From NCBI GenBank assembly GCA_965243305.1, contig CBDEUN010000002.1:1323-65322 (forward strand): a stretch of DNA of 64,000 nucleotides, in the 5' to 3' direction. Under the pieces are notes generated by a model. The model saw nothing but the letters and a program-made list of their open reading frames with translations. It had not been told where the DNA came from and ran no database searches. The number at the start of each line of letters is the position of its first letter. The stretch's first letter is position 1. Of the stretch, positions 19,342 through 29,832 are shown piece after piece. The position numbers and the translations under genes were made by a program. The DNA comes from Arenicellales bacterium (GTDB taxonomy: Bacteria; Pseudomonadota; Gammaproteobacteria; Arenicellales; JAJDZL01).

Positions 19342-20649
19342 TTGCAAGCACCAAGCAGAGTTCAATGGACATTCAACATCGCTGGAGCACTACTAGCGAT
19401 TGTATTCGTAGTTCAGGCTACTCTCTCCCGAGATACATCCGGATATGATCTGACAGCGTTTCTGAGTGGAATTGGAATTAGCGCTGCAGTTGTTTTTGGA
19501 CTTTGGCTGTGGCTGATCAAAGGAGATCACCATGTCAGCTTCGGGATTGTTTTTCTCTGGGCCTGTGTATTCAGATTGATCGGTGTTTGGGGGGAACCCA
19601 TTCTGGAAGACGATTATTTTCGTTACCTGCTAGATGCCTGTGTCTTTGTCACTTACGGATCTCCCTACGGCATTCCACCCGAATCTCTCTTCACTGAAAA
19701 TTCCTTAAACCCGGCGTGTGTGGAGATGCTCACTGGGGTAAATAACCCTCATCTGTCTACGATATATGCGCCAGTACTCCAATATGTCTTTGTTCTATCA
19801 CATATTCTTTCCCCAGTTAATCTAGATTTACTACAGTTCATCATTGTTCTGTTTGACCTGGCAGTAATCTACATGCTTGGCAAGCTGGCACCCGCAAGAA
19901 TGGTTCTGCTTTATGCCTGGTGCCCTCTAGTCATCAAAGAGTTTGCGTTTACCGCGCATCCTGATGTCATTGGTGTGTGTCTGTTGCTGGCGGCTTTCAT
20001 TTTCAGGAAGCACAATCAAACGGCTCTTAGTTGTATTCTGCTTGGATTAGCCATTTGTACAAAAATTCTTGCTGTTGTCGTATTGCCGTTTTTTCTTTTT
20101 CGGCAGCCTTTTCGTTACTGGCTTCTAATTCCAGCGACCGCAGTAATCGTGTATTTACCGTTTCTGGTTGGACAACAGCAGACTGACCTATCTACTCTCG
20201 CTCACTTTGCGGCAAACTGGCAATTCAACGCTCCAATTTTCAATCTGTTGAGTAATCTGACAACCGATGAACTCGCTCGGTACATTTGTCTTGCAACTTT
20301 CTTGATCTGGTTTGGTTACTTTTTCAAACGACACACCACGTTAAACCAGGCTTGTGACATACCCCGGATGGACTGGGTATTTGGTGTGTTTTTTCTGCTG
20401 TCACCCGTGCTGAATGCCTGGTATTGGGTCTGGGTGTTACCATTTGCTGTCCTTTGGCCAAGTGCCTGGGCATGGACAGTCTCTGTCACCATCTTACTTT
20501 CTTACATTGTTGGTCTGAACATCCCCGGGTCGGAGCTTGGCAACTATCAAGTCGCATTCTCTGCACAGATCATTCAACTATTAAGTGTTGCAGTCGCCCT
20601 TATTTATGACTATCGCCACAATCGATTCAGAATGTCCCATTCTGATTAG
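19342..20649 (+). CDS. Polytopic membrane protein, GT-C-type glycosyltransferase-like (DUF2029/GT87-like)
   Basis: 435 aa with more than 10 predicted TM segments, next to a GT2 gene. The start codon is TTG, so the start is uncertain. The function is inferred only from topology and context. Confidence 0.55.
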   Translation: MQAPSRVQWTFNIAGALLAIVFVVQATLSRDTSGYDLTAFLSGIGISAAVVFGLWLWLIKGDHHVSFGIVFLWACVFRLIGVWGEPILEDDYFRYLLDACVFVTYGSPYGIPPESLFTENSLNPACVEMLTGVNNPHLSTIYAPVLQYVFVLSHILSPVNLDLLQFIIVLFDLAVIYMLGKLAPARMVLLYAWCPLVIKEFAFTAHPDVIGVCLLLAAFIFRKHNQTALSCILLGLAICTKILAVVVLPFFLFRQPFRYWLLIPATAVIVYLPFLVGQQQTDLSTLAHFAANWQFNAPIFNLLSNLTTDELARYICLATFLIWFGYFFKRHTTLNQACDIPRMDWVFGVFFLLSPVLNAWYWVWVLPFAVLWPSAWAWTVSVTILLSYIVGLNIPGSELGNYQVAFSAQIIQLLSVAVALIYDYRHNRFRMSHSD

Positions 20650-21353
20650 CGATAAGCGGGTAATTTTGAGGAAACAGCGAGTCGAAAAATCCAGTAAAAA
20701 ATTTTATACCCCGCCATCAACGATCCCTTCAGGGTACCAGAAATTTTAGATTTACCAATTCTCTTTCGATAGCGGACGGGTATTTGAACGATAGTCTGAC
20801 GGGTCTTAACCGCTTTGACCTGCATTTCAGAGGTCCAGCCAAAATCTTCGTCTTGCATTTGCAAATGCCGCAGCGCTGGTGCTGAAATGCAGCGAAGAGG
20901 ACCTAGGTCCTCGAACCGGTAGCGGTGGAGCAGCCAAATCGTGAGGCAAGCCAGTTGAGTACCCCACTTTTGGTGTCTGAATCGACCTCTTACCTCATTC
21001 GGGTTCTCCTGTCGACAACCAATTGCGAGATCACACTGATCCGTTGCAACGGATTCAACCAGAGGATTCAAGTCATCCGGATAGTCGCTGTAACTTCCGT
21101 TGATGAATGCAAATATGTCTGTCTTGCCAGCTGCCTCAATACCGGTCAGACAAGCCCGACCATATCCCGTTCGTGGTTCTTCAATGACTCGGGCACCGGT
21201 TTTTTCTGCAACATCCCTTGTAGCATCCGTGGAATTATTGTCAACGACTACGACCTGATCAACGAATGTTGGTATTTCCCTGATAACTTTGCCAATCGAA
21301 GCTTCTTCATTCAACGCTGGAATGATGACTGTAATGTGCTTCTGGCTTAGCAT
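20646..21353 (-). CDS. Family-2 glycosyltransferase (polyprenol-phosphate sugar transferase-like)
   Basis: 235 aa. ITVIIPALNEE and VVVDNNSTD are typical GT2 motifs, and the C-terminus is an amphipathic/TM tail. Confidence 0.85.
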   Translation of the reverse strand: MLSQKHITVIIPALNEEASIGKVIREIPTFVDQVVVVDNNSTDATRDVAEKTGARVIEEPRTGYGRACLTGIEAAGKTDIFAFINGSYSDYPDDLNPLVESVATDQCDLAIGCRQENPNEVRGRFRHQKWGTQLACLTIWLLHRYRFEDLGPLRCISAPALRHLQMQDEDFGWTSEMQVKAVKTRQTIVQIPVRYRKRIGKSKISGTLKGSLMAGYKIFYWIFRLAVSSKLPAYR

Positions 21354-21356
21354 GCC

Positions 21357-22172
21357 TTACTCGTTCAGCCTCCAGTCGTATTCGTAGTCATCAATCTCAT
21401 CAAACTCTTGCAGTTCCTCTGCGAGTTCACCTGAGGCGTATTCCAGTAAATGTTCAATTACACCTATTTCCGAATCACCAAAATCCTCACGATACCAGTC
21501 ATAAATGCTTGAGACAATCAATTCATCGTCTTCGATTCTGGCCCCGCGTGGATGATTGACATATTCTCTGGCAGCTTTCTCAAGTTGCTCTTCCAGATTT
21601 TCAGCGGTGAATGCAACATTCTGTAGGTTTGGACAGCCAATCGAAGCGCAATTCACGGCGTAGTGAATTCTGTTGTCTTCATAAACCGGACGCAAGATAT
21701 CGTGTTCGATGTTGTCCAAGGTCAAATCGACATCTTGCACTGACACAAACTCCTCTTTCCAGGGCCCGCGCGTCAGTAGACTGAAGGAAATATCTCGAAT
21801 CGAATCAACTGGATAGTGCTCGAGAATGACCCAAACGGTCAACGCGTTATAGAGATTGACCCAGTAAGCAAACTGCTGATCGGCATCCAATTCTGTTACG
21901 GCTACAGACTCCAGGTCTTCAATGTAATCTTCAAGTCGTTCAAAATCATCTTCAGTAACCTGACCGTAGCGAAAATAATTCAAGCCATTTAGTTCACTAA
22001 TGTACTTTGACAGAATGTCTGACCACTCTGAATGATCAAAAGTTCTTGAACTTGATTCAGGCGGTTCAGCGTGAAAAATGGACAGATCTGCTGCATGTAC
22101 AGAGGCCGCTAGTGGTACTAAAATAAACAGCAGTGTCAACCGAACTGAGTTTTTGAACAGTTTTAATTTCAT
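21357..22172 (-). CDS. DUF547 domain protein with a signal peptide
   Basis: ORF 21357..22229. I prefer the start at MKLKLFKNS (22172) because GAGG lies upstream. FAYWVNLYNALTV and NCASIGCP are DUF547 hallmarks. Confidence 0.75.
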   Translation of the reverse strand: MKLKLFKNSVRLTLLFILVPLAASVHAADLSIFHAEPPESSSRTFDHSEWSDILSKYISELNGLNYFRYGQVTEDDFERLEDYIEDLESVAVTELDADQQFAYWVNLYNALTVWVILEHYPVDSIRDISFSLLTRGPWKEEFVSVQDVDLTLDNIEHDILRPVYEDNRIHYAVNCASIGCPNLQNVAFTAENLEEQLEKAAREYVNHPRGARIEDDELIVSSIYDWYREDFGDSEIGVIEHLLEYASGELAEELQEFDEIDDYEYDWRLNE

Positions 22173-22272
22173 AGTTCCAACCTCTAAAATTATTCTTGAC
22201 ATCATGGATTGTAAGCCGATTGTGTACACGGTAAGTTCAGGTTATCTTTATCCGACAATAAAAGCAGGCCGT

Positions 22273-22797
22273 ATGTTCTGCCTGACACTGTTGACAGCAT
22301 TGTTTGTTTTTGTTTACCCTGTCTCGACAAGCGCTGATGAGGTCAAGCTACTGGCTGACAATACTCTTAAATATCAAGGAGATAAGATTACACTCGCTGA
22401 CATATCTGTTCCGCAGGCTACTGCAAAGTGTCAGGGCGATGGCAAGTCATGGCCGTGTGGTGCCAAGGCAACACTGAGGCTTAACGAACTGATCAAAACT
22501 TCGTCGCTTAGATGCACCATCATACAAAAAACAGACGCAGTGTCACTCGCTCGCTGTAGTGTTGGTGAAATCGACCTTGGCAGGCAGCTAGTCGAAGAAG
22601 GATGGGCGCTGACTGTGGGGATGGAATCGGAGTACATCCAGGCTGAACAGGAAGCGAAGCGAACTCAATCCGGAATCTGGCGTGATGAGTTCTCACCGCC
22701 TGATACATGGCGTCAATACCCCGACACCGCGCTTAACCCTTACCTGGACCTCCTATGTAGCGTTTGTGCGACGCGTAAGCAATCTCGAAATCAATAA
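22273..22797 (+). CDS. Thermonuclease (SNase-like) family protein, exported
   Basis: The track ORF starts at 22078 but overlaps the convergent DUF547 gene. ATG 22273 gives a signal peptide (MFCLTLLTALFVFVYPVSTSA). The EGWAL...AEQEAK...GIW pattern is SNase-like. Confidence 0.65.
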   Translation: MFCLTLLTALFVFVYPVSTSADEVKLLADNTLKYQGDKITLADISVPQATAKCQGDGKSWPCGAKATLRLNELIKTSSLRCTIIQKTDAVSLARCSVGEIDLGRQLVEEGWALTVGMESEYIQAEQEAKRTQSGIWRDEFSPPDTWRQYPDTALNPYLDLLCSVCATRKQSRNQ

Positions 22798-22834
22798 CAT
22801 TCGGTACCTGTACCGTATGAGTTCAATATTGAAA

Positions 22835-23521
22835 CTAACTGATACCGAGTAGTGGCAGAAGTTCGGTCAGGTCCTTAATTTCAGCACGCGGTTTGGCTGG
22901 CAAACGATCAAGCTGCTGATTGTAACGATTACACCAGGCCACTTGGTATCCGAAATGCGCTCCGCCAATGGCATCCCAGCAATTGGACGATAAAAATGCA
23001 ATCTCTTCCGGCTTAACATTGAAGTGGTCGCAGGGCATCTGATAGACTTGCGCAGTCGGCTTGAAGATTCCAACTTCATCAACTGAAAGACATACATCCA
23101 TATTCTCTGCAAATCCAGAGTTTTCCACAACAGGTAACAGCATGTTTGGGGAGCCATTCGACAAAATGGCTGTCTGTATTCCATTTTCCTTGAGTGTTTT
23201 CAATACCCCCGGTACTTCCGGGAAGCAACCGAGTGTCAAGTACGCATTCAATAGATTTTCTCGAAGCTCAGAGTTAACAACACCGTGAGACGCCAGAGCG
23301 TAATCGAGCGACTCTCCGGTTACCTGCCAAAAGTCATCATAAGCACCCATCAGACTTCGAAGCCACGTGTATTGCAGTTGTTTGTTTCGCCACATCTCTG
23401 ATACCGGCTGTTCCAGTTCACCAAGTGCAGCACTGTGCTGAGCCGCTGCCGAATGGACATCCAATAGTGTTCCATAAGCATCGAATACACAGACGCGAAT
23501 ATTGGAAAACGACTGAGACAT
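22835..23521 (-). CDS. Haloacid dehalogenase type II (L-2-haloacid dehalogenase family)
   Basis: 228 aa. VCVFDAYGTLLDV is the canonical type-II HAD N-terminus, and the SNG...motif is present. Confidence 0.85.
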   Translation of the reverse strand: MSQSFSNIRVCVFDAYGTLLDVHSAAAQHSAALGELEQPVSEMWRNKQLQYTWLRSLMGAYDDFWQVTGESLDYALASHGVVNSELRENLLNAYLTLGCFPEVPGVLKTLKENGIQTAILSNGSPNMLLPVVENSGFAENMDVCLSVDEVGIFKPTAQVYQMPCDHFNVKPEEIAFLSSNCWDAIGGAHFGYQVAWCNRYNQQLDRLPAKPRAEIKDLTELLPLLGIS

Positions 23522-23534
23522 TTTGAATCCCTCC

Positions 23535-23993
23535 TTAGTTGTTGGGTTGTGGGGGTAAAGAATAAGTGCACGTTACATGGGCTACCAAATCATTCTGCTG
23601 GTCGTTGCCAAAGAGCTCAACAACACCGACTGCAAGACGTTTGCCCAGCTTGATAACCTTCGCTTCTGCAACAATGTCGCCTGGTTCCGGTCGAATCAGA
23701 AAATTGATGTTAAGGTTTGAAGTCACTGCCATCTGAACTCGTCCTGCACGACTCATGATCGCACCCCACATGGCAAAATCGGCCAAGGCCATCATTACTG
23801 GTCCAGATACGGTACCACCAGGACGCAGAAAGTCCTCTTTGTAAATCGCGCGCACCGTGCATTCTCCATGCTCAAGACGTTCCACATTGAAACCAAGCAC
23901 CTCCAACAGAGGCAGTTCCTTGTGAGCGATGCGGCTAAACTCTTCTAGAGTGATTGTAGACATCGAATTTTCTAACTTGCAGTGAATAACCAA
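23535..23993 (-). CDS. PaaI-family hotdog-fold thioesterase
   Basis: 152 aa. The GGTVSGPVMMALADFA motif is typical of PaaI/YdiI-type thioesterases. An alternative start is at M11. Confidence 0.75.
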   Translation of the reverse strand: MVIHCKLENSMSTITLEEFSRIAHKELPLLEVLGFNVERLEHGECTVRAIYKEDFLRPGGTVSGPVMMALADFAMWGAIMSRAGRVQMAVTSNLNINFLIRPEPGDIVAEAKVIKLGKRLAVGVVELFGNDQQNDLVAHVTCTYSLPPQPNN

Positions 23994-24039
23994 TTGGGCT
24001 TAAAATTATAGAAATCGTCGTCTCAACCGAGAACAAGCC

Positions 24040-24843
24040 ATGAGTCAGCCAGCGACAGACCTTTCCACATCAATTGAACCGCTACTATATCGCGAAGATT
24101 TTGATTCGATCACCCGAATCACGCTCAACCGACCTCAGAAATATAACCCCCTGTCGCGGGATATGCTCGCACAGCTGCAGTCAACTTTCGACGAGATCGC
24201 CAGCGATGAGTCCGTTCGGGTCATCATACTGGCAGCAAAAGGAAAAGCCTTTTCCGCAGGACATGACCTTCATGAAATGCTTAATCATTCAGACTCTGAA
24301 TTCGCCGAGACTCTGCTGGCTGAATGCAGTCGGATGATGGTTACCATTAATCAGCTGCCGCAACCGGTAATTGCCCAAGTACAGGGAATAGCCACCGCCG
24401 GAGGCTGTCAGCTGGTTGCAAACTGTGACCTCGCAATTGCATCGACAGAATCCAAGTTTGCCGTATCCGGCACCAATCTTGGACTGTTCTGTTCTACTCC
24501 TGGAGTTGCGCTCAGCCGAAACGTCTCCCGCAAGACTGCCTTGGAAATGCTTTTAACCGGCGACTTTATCGACGCACAGACCGCTTTGGAAAAGGGCTTG
24601 GTAAACAGACTGGCCAAACCCGAAGAATTAGAAGATGCGGCATTAGATTTTGCCCAAAGCATCGCAGTAAAACCCCGAGAAGTGATTGCGCTAGGAAAAC
24701 GATTATTCTACGACCAGATTGACCAACAGCTGGAAGATGCCTATAAAGTTGCCAGCGAGTGCATGGTCTGCAATCTGGGCTTTCCATCAGCCGCCGAAGG
24801 CATAAGCGCATTTATCGAAAAACGCAAGCCTGACTGGTCCTGA
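24040..24843 (+). CDS. Enoyl-CoA hydratase/isomerase (crotonase) family protein
   Basis: 267 aa with the FSAGHDL and GIATAGGCQL oxyanion-hole motifs. Confidence 0.85.
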   Translation: MSQPATDLSTSIEPLLYREDFDSITRITLNRPQKYNPLSRDMLAQLQSTFDEIASDESVRVIILAAKGKAFSAGHDLHEMLNHSDSEFAETLLAECSRMMVTINQLPQPVIAQVQGIATAGGCQLVANCDLAIASTESKFAVSGTNLGLFCSTPGVALSRNVSRKTALEMLLTGDFIDAQTALEKGLVNRLAKPEELEDAALDFAQSIAVKPREVIALGKRLFYDQIDQQLEDAYKVASECMVCNLGFPSAAEGISAFIEKRKPDWS

Positions 24844-24870
24844 TCTTTTCTAACCGATCTTACGATCGAC

Positions 24871-26673
24871 TCACAAGTTGACATACGTGCCAGGTGCATC
24901 TGCCAGTGGCGTGTACAAATCACTTCCGGGCTCACGAGCAGGAACTCTCTTACCGCTGTAGCGCTTGATCCACTTTTCCCACTTTGGCCACCACGAACCA
25001 GCATTCGAGGTCGCCGATTCAAGCCACTCGTCTGCTGAAACCGGCAGTTCTTTGGTACTGATCCAGTAACCGTATTTATTTTTCGACGGTGGATTGATGA
25101 TGCCGGCAATGTGTCCGGATTGCCCGAGAATGAACTGAACCTTACCCGAAAACAGTTTTGCTCCGCTGTACGTCGAACGCCATGGCGCAATGTGATCGAG
25201 TTCGGTTGAAACGAAAGTCGTCGGTAGCCTTACTTTCGAAAGATCGATTGGCGTATTCAGGACACTGATACCTTCAGGCTGCGCCAGTTTGTTTTCCAGA
25301 TACATCTTTCTCAGATAGTAGCTGTGCATCGCGGCCGGTAGTCGAGTCGAATCGGAATTCCAGTACAAAAGATCAAACTGTGCCGGTGGTTTGCCAAGAA
25401 GGTAGTTATTGATAACAAAGTGCCAGATCAGATCATTTGAACGCATCATGTTAAATGTCGAGGCCATTGACTTGCCGTCCAGATAGCCATTGGTTGCCAT
25501 TTTCATCTCAAGCTGACTGACACTTTCTTCGTCAACGAATACACCAAGGTCGCCTGGCTCACCAAAGTCAATCATAGTGGTGAAAAAAGTTGCAGCGGCA
25601 ATGTCAACGGTTTTTTCGGATTGACTTGCCAGATACCCGAGCAGTGTTGCCAATAAAGTTCCACCCAAACAATAGCCAATCGCGTTAATTTTGTTCTGGC
25701 CTGTGATGGACTGAATCACATCCATCGCCCAAAGTGGGCCATCTTTCAAGTAGTCATCAAATGTGCTTTCACGATAACTTTCGTCGGGATTCACCCAGGA
25801 GATCACAAAGACTGTGTAACCCTGCCCTACAAGCCAACTGATAAATGAATTTTTCGAAGATAAATCGAGAATATAAAACTTGTTAATCCATGGCGGAATG
25901 ATCATAACTGGTCTTGAGTGCACCGTCTCAGTGGATGGGGCATATTGAATGAGTTCGGCCATACGGTTGCGGGCAATGACTTTACCGGGTGAAACGGCGA
26001 TGTTACGACCAAGTTCAAAGGCGTCGTCATCAACCATTTTGACGCTTTTCCCTGCTTCCAAATCATCTGCCAGATTTCGAAGCCCATTCAGCAGATTTTC
26101 ACCCTTCGAATCTCGCGTGGCTTTTAATGCATCGGGATTGGTTTGTAAGAAATTAGTCGGGGCGAATGCATTCACAACCTGATCGGAATAAAAATCAAGC
26201 TTTCTCTTTTCCTCACTGGTCAATCCATCGGTCTGTTGAAAAAAGCCTTGCAGATATTCCGACCCAATGAGATAGGATTGTTTTAGCGCATCAAACCATA
26301 ATGTTGAGTTCGATGTTTCTGGATTGTTCACATCGGCATGCCACTCTGACGACCTGAATCGGCCATCATCAGATTTCGGCTGAATAGCCGGGGCTACATC
26401 TATTCCCTGCGACTTTTTGACGATGTAGTCACCCAGTGCAGCGTACTTGGAAAGTGCTTTCAACTGTACCTGCATCAGGTTATTTAGGTCATTCGCATTA
26501 TTTAAAGCAGCTTTTGCAAATAATGTGCCGAGACGAATTGAAAATTGAGATACATCAGCACTCGGTTGAGTGTTCATCAAAGAGGACATGATCCGAGAAT
26601 ACTGTTGATTGAACTCGGACAGCAAATGTGCAGGGTCGAAATCAGTATTTTTTTCTGTAAGCTGTTCCTGCAT
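24871..26673 (-). CDS. phaC: Class I poly(3-hydroxyalkanoate) synthase
   Basis: 600 aa with the lipase-box variant GYCLGGT, an N-terminal PhaC_N-type region and a length typical of class I PhaC. Confidence 0.9.
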   Translation of the reverse strand: MQEQLTEKNTDFDPAHLLSEFNQQYSRIMSSLMNTQPSADVSQFSIRLGTLFAKAALNNANDLNNLMQVQLKALSKYAALGDYIVKKSQGIDVAPAIQPKSDDGRFRSSEWHADVNNPETSNSTLWFDALKQSYLIGSEYLQGFFQQTDGLTSEEKRKLDFYSDQVVNAFAPTNFLQTNPDALKATRDSKGENLLNGLRNLADDLEAGKSVKMVDDDAFELGRNIAVSPGKVIARNRMAELIQYAPSTETVHSRPVMIIPPWINKFYILDLSSKNSFISWLVGQGYTVFVISWVNPDESYRESTFDDYLKDGPLWAMDVIQSITGQNKINAIGYCLGGTLLATLLGYLASQSEKTVDIAAATFFTTMIDFGEPGDLGVFVDEESVSQLEMKMATNGYLDGKSMASTFNMMRSNDLIWHFVINNYLLGKPPAQFDLLYWNSDSTRLPAAMHSYYLRKMYLENKLAQPEGISVLNTPIDLSKVRLPTTFVSTELDHIAPWRSTYSGAKLFSGKVQFILGQSGHIAGIINPPSKNKYGYWISTKELPVSADEWLESATSNAGSWWPKWEKWIKRYSGKRVPAREPGSDLYTPLADAPGTYVNL

Positions 26674-26749
26674 AATCCAATCTCATTTTTTATTGCACTG
26701 CATTATGATGATTTCTTTCTACACCAATTATGATTTCGATTGAAATCTC

Positions 26750-27220
26750 TCAGGCAGATCCGTTAGCGGAGCCGTTCGTTCGCCTTGGAACTTTGACTTT
26801 AGCCTGACCAATCAGTACCACCTCCCCATCGACGGTACAGGTCGTATCCAGTATTGCATACGGTCTTTCACTGTCTAATTCTGCAACAACAACATTTGCG
26901 GTAACGGTATCACCAACCCTTACTGGAACCGTAAACTTGAGACTTTGATCCATGTATATACAACCTGGGCCTGGAAGACGAGTACCAATCAATGTTGATA
27001 TCAAGCTAGCGGTCAGCATCCCGTGAACAATTGGTTCACCGAATGCTGTTTGACTGGCAAACTCGCGATTCTGATGCAAAGGATTCGTATCGCCGGATAC
27101 TCCTGTAAACATCAATACATCGGCATCGGTTAAAGTTTTACCATAGGCTGCAGTCATTCCGACTTCCAAATCCTCGAAGTAATACCCATGCAGTTCAACG
27201 TCTTTGCGTGATTCAGTCAT
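26750..27220 (-). CDS. MaoC-like (R)-specific enoyl-CoA hydratase (PhaJ-like)
   Basis: 156 aa hotdog fold with the hydratase 2 motif SGDTNPLH, adjacent to phaC. Confidence 0.8.
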   Translation of the reverse strand: MTESRKDVELHGYYFEDLEVGMTAAYGKTLTDADVLMFTGVSGDTNPLHQNREFASQTAFGEPIVHGMLTASLISTLIGTRLPGPGCIYMDQSLKFTVPVRVGDTVTANVVVAELDSERPYAILDTTCTVDGEVVLIGQAKVKVPRRTNGSANGSA

Positions 27221-27330
27221 TTGATTCCTCGTAAGTATTTATAAATAATATATTTTATCCGGTTAGAGTGGGTAAGTATTCCAATTGAATATAATTCAAA
27301 TCCATTAAAAATTAACGCCTTGATCAACTG

Positions 27331-28986
27331 ATGCAAAGCAAAAATCCATACGAAACTGGTTTAGACAAAAACCCGGCAAACTACGTGCCGTTGTCCCCAT
27401 TAGGTTTTCTGGAAAGAAGTGCGCGAATTTTTCCCGACCGCACTTCGCTGATTCACGGTGATCAACGCTATACGTGGAAGGAAACTTACAGTCGCTGTCA
27501 GCAGTTGGCATCTGCATTAACTGAGTTAGGTGTAAAACGCAACGATACCGTTTCCATTATTGCACCGAATATTCCCCCGCTGTATGAAGCCCACTTCGGT
27601 GTGCCAATGATGGGAGCGGTGCTAAATACAATCAATGTACGTCTGGACGCGGACACGATCGCATTTATCCTTGAACATGCAGAATCAAAAGTACTGATTA
27701 CAGATAGTGAATTTTCAGATGTCGTTGGTGCCGCATTAAGCAAACTCAATCGAGAGATAACAGTTATCGACATTCTTGATGATGCGGTGCAACATGGCTC
27801 AAAAGTGGGTAGTATGGACTATGAGACCTTCATAAGTCAAGCCAAATCTGACTTTTTTCCTATTCAACATCCCGAATCAGAGTGGGATGCGATCTCACTC
27901 AACTACACCTCTGGAACAACAGGCAACCCCAAGGGTGTTGTTTATCACTACCGAGGCGCATATCTGAACGCATTGAGCAATGCGCTGAATTGGAAGATGC
28001 GACCGCACCCAATCTATCTTTGGACGTTGCCTATGTTTCATTGCAATGGTTGGTGTTTTCCCTGGACCATCGCATTACTTGGTGGTACCAACGTCTGTCT
28101 GCGTCGAGTTGCGGCGAATACAATCTTTGATGCGATCGCTGAATACAAGGTCACTCACTTTTGTGGTGCGCCAATTGTGCTCAACATGGTCGTCAACGCC
28201 AGTGAGAACGAGCGTAAATCATTCGATCATACTGTTGAAGTCATGACCGCGGCCGCCCCGCCACCCGCAGTCGTTCTCGAAAAGATGGAGCAAAATGGAT
28301 TTTTAATGACGCATGTTTATGGTCTAACTGAGACCTATGGACCTGCGGTTATTTGCGAGTGGCACCAGGAGTGGGATGAGTACGACAGTGCAAAACGGGC
28401 TGAGCTCAAATCTCGCCAAGGTGTCCCTTATCTGGCGCTAGCCGGTCTCGACATCATGGACCCAAATACGATGTCATCGGTAAAAACGGATGGCACCACT
28501 ATGGGAGAAACCATGTTTCGCGGCAATATCGTAATGAAAGGTTATCTGAAAAACCCAAATGCGACGAAAGAAGCATTTGAAGGTGGTTGGTTTCATTCCG
28601 GCGATCTTGGTGTGATGCATCCAGATCACTACATTCAACTTAAAGACCGTTCAAAGGACATCATCATTTCTGGTGGCGAAAATATTTCATCAATTGAGGT
28701 CGAAGATACCCTGTTTCGACATCCGGCGGTGATGGAAGCAGCAGTGGTGGCGCAGGCTGACGAAAAATGGGGTGAAGTCCCGTGTGCGTTTGTAAACTTG
28801 AAACCACAACACTCGCCGCAGCCAAGTGAAGATGACCTAATTCAGTATTGTAAGGAAAATATGGCTCGCTATAAAGCACCAAAAAGGATCGTGTTCGGCC
28901 AACTTCCGAAAACTTCGACCGGAAAAGTTCAAAAATATCGCTTGCGCGAGCGTGCAGAACTGCTCTCTAAGAACAATGCGTCATGA
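27331..28986 (+). CDS. AMP-dependent acyl-CoA synthetase/ligase
   Basis: 551 aa with the AMP-binding motif YTSGTTGNPKGV, plus GDLG and the C-terminal PKTSTGKVQK. Confidence 0.85.
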   Translation: MQSKNPYETGLDKNPANYVPLSPLGFLERSARIFPDRTSLIHGDQRYTWKETYSRCQQLASALTELGVKRNDTVSIIAPNIPPLYEAHFGVPMMGAVLNTINVRLDADTIAFILEHAESKVLITDSEFSDVVGAALSKLNREITVIDILDDAVQHGSKVGSMDYETFISQAKSDFFPIQHPESEWDAISLNYTSGTTGNPKGVVYHYRGAYLNALSNALNWKMRPHPIYLWTLPMFHCNGWCFPWTIALLGGTNVCLRRVAANTIFDAIAEYKVTHFCGAPIVLNMVVNASENERKSFDHTVEVMTAAAPPPAVVLEKMEQNGFLMTHVYGLTETYGPAVICEWHQEWDEYDSAKRAELKSRQGVPYLALAGLDIMDPNTMSSVKTDGTTMGETMFRGNIVMKGYLKNPNATKEAFEGGWFHSGDLGVMHPDHYIQLKDRSKDIIISGGENISSIEVEDTLFRHPAVMEAAVVAQADEKWGEVPCAFVNLKPQHSPQPSEDDLIQYCKENMARYKAPKRIVFGQLPKTSTGKVQKYRLRERAELLSKNNAS

Positions 28987-29594
28987 CAAAATTGGATTAC
29001 TATTACGACTTCGTCTCGCCGTTTTGCTACCTGCTACACGAACAGCTTCATCGACTGCCAAAAACGGTTGAGTTGAACTACATTCCAGTTCTGTTCGCCG
29101 GACTGCTCAAGCACTGGGGGAATTTGGGACCTGTTGAAATCGACCAAAAGAAAATCTTCACTTATCGTCATACCACCTGGCTGGCGAAGAAACTCGAATT
29201 GCCCTTCAGAATACCGGATACACACCCTTTCAATCCATTACCTTATCTGCGTCTCTCAATCGCGAAAGACAATGACCCCGAACTGGTCACATCAATATTT
29301 CGAGCAATTTGGACCCGCGAGGATAATCCGGCGACCGATACTGGGCGACAGGCAATTTGGCGTTCGATTGGGATTCCTGATGCTGATGATTTGATCAATG
29401 ATGCCGAGGTAAAGTCAGCACTAATCTCCAACACTCAAAAAGCCACCGAACAGGGTGTTTTTGGTGTGCCATCAATTTCCGTCAACGACGAGATGTTCTG
29501 GGGGCTGGACTCTTTCGAGATTTTGCTGGATTACCTTGAAAACCCAGACTTATTCGACAGCGCCTCAATGGCCCGCCTGAAGCAAATCAATTGA
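28983..29594 (+). CDS. 2-hydroxychromene-2-carboxylate isomerase family (DsbA-like thioredoxin fold)
   Basis: 203 aa. YYDFVSPFCY and a C-terminal FWGLD are typical of the HCCA isomerase/DsbA-like family. The start overlaps the upstream stop (ATGA). Confidence 0.75.
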   Translation: MTKLDYYYDFVSPFCYLLHEQLHRLPKTVELNYIPVLFAGLLKHWGNLGPVEIDQKKIFTYRHTTWLAKKLELPFRIPDTHPFNPLPYLRLSIAKDNDPELVTSIFRAIWTREDNPATDTGRQAIWRSIGIPDADDLINDAEVKSALISNTQKATEQGVFGVPSISVNDEMFWGLDSFEILLDYLENPDLFDSASMARLKQIN

Positions 29595-29832
29595 CATCCT
29601 TCTACATATGATTGAGTTTAGGGATGTCGAATTGGAACGTGGTCTATAGTTACCTGATTCTTCCTTACTAGCAACTGGTTTTTCCAAATTCGGCGATTGA
29701 AACAGAACACGAACTCATCGATGGACTCTTGCAGATAACAGGTTCAGATTCGTCAGCATAACTCAACATATTTTTCGCCTGGCAACAAACCAGTGGATCT
29801 GAACCACGAAATTTTTTACTGTTGCCAACGAA

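Noticed and set aside
22078-22272. N-terminal 65-codon extension of the thermonuclease-like ORF
   Set aside because: It overlaps the 5' end of the convergent DUF547 gene on the other strand. The internal ATG at 22273 yields a proper signal peptide, so the extension is most likely not translated.
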